DNA from: Promethearchaeati archaeon
GTDB lineage: Archaea > Asgardarchaeota > Heimdallarchaeia > Heimdallarchaeales > Heimdallarchaeaceae
Length of the DNA stretch: 16,760 bases
Assembly: GCA_013166775.1 (NCBI GenBank)
Contig: JABLTJ010000056.1
Span: forward strand, 1 to 16,760
Direction of reading: 5' to 3'
Shown here: one piece after another, positions 16,324-16,760 of the stretch
Numbering within the stretch: the first letter of the stretch is position 1
Layout: each line of letters begins with the position of its first letter
The notes under the pieces: model-generated
Database searches by the model: none
Told to the model about the DNA's origin: nothing
What the model saw: only the letters and a program-made list of their open reading frames with translations
Position numbers and translations under genes: made by a program

Positions 16324-16760
16324 CTAAATACATGATGCAAAAACAAAAAAAGGTATAACATAATTCGATTGTTGTAATGAAGAAACAATTCTAGTTTCAT
16401 CGTTGTAATCGAAATAGTAGGTTACACTGGTTTCAGTTACATCAACATACATTTTTTCTATAACTACTGGAACAGGAGAAAAACTGCAGTTAGTGTAATC
16501 AAACCACATCTCATAGGTTCCCAAAGGAAGACTCTTATTTAGGTAATCTTCTACTTTGAAATATACATACTTAGTCCTATTTCTATAATAACCAGGAGGG
16601 AGCGTTAGCTCATCAATTGGCCATTGAAAAGTAAACTCATGTTTTACTATCAAACTCTTATTTCGTAGATTGGTTCTCAAATAAGGAAAGGGAAGAGGAG
16701 AACATACATAAGGAATAGTGATGGGAGATGAAGTCGGATTCACAGTCTGTTGTTCTAGAG
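16324..16760 (-). CDS. 5'-partial hypothetical extracellular beta-rich protein, with a possible frameshift near the C-terminus
   Basis: The frame is open to the window edge (LEQQTVNPTSS...), so GTG 16743 is probably not the start. An alternative frame supplies a hydrophobic and basic tail ending at 16283. Confidence 0.65.
   Translation of the reverse strand, partial: LEQQTVNPTSSPITIPYVCSPLPFPYLRTNLRNKSLIVKHEFTFQWPIDELTLPPGYYRNRTKYVYFKVEDYLNKSLPLGTYEMWFDYTNCSFSPVPVVIEKMYVDVTETSVTYYFDYNDETRIVSSLQQSNYVIPFFVFASCI

Noticed and set aside
16206-16400. 64-aa minus-strand ORF
   Set aside because: It overlaps the end of the upstream gene in another frame and has no recognisable features. The third frame explains the region better.

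Overview
AT-rich archaeal chromosomal segment, most likely from an Asgard archaeon. The evidence is an Arf-like small GTPase C-terminus, a 7TM protein fused to a longin/roadblock-like domain, a long tandem Lrp/AsnC-type regulator, TATA-type promoters and oligo-T terminators. Bases 1-11100 hold ordinary genes: a beta-propeller/Fn3 surface protein, a beta-lactamase-family serine hydrolase, a nucleotidyltransferase, an Ldh_2 dehydrogenase, a GNAT, a wHTH plus membrane protein pair, and a glutaredoxin-TrxR fusion. The most interesting part is about 11200-13900. It contains a small gene for a secreted precursor (signal peptide followed by four GPDGGYPDEPIGG cores) whose TATA box is bracketed by a 15-bp inverted repeat. 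Next to it lie a candidate ~110-nt structured RNA and an Lrp-type regulator with three TGTACA boxes spaced exactly 26 bp apart. Together these may form an undescribed peptide-signalling or multi-core peptide module (inference). A second candidate sRNA with its own promoter and terminator lies at 9592-9654. No rRNA, tRNA, CRISPR array or transposase was recognised. All family calls come from motif reading, not from database searches.
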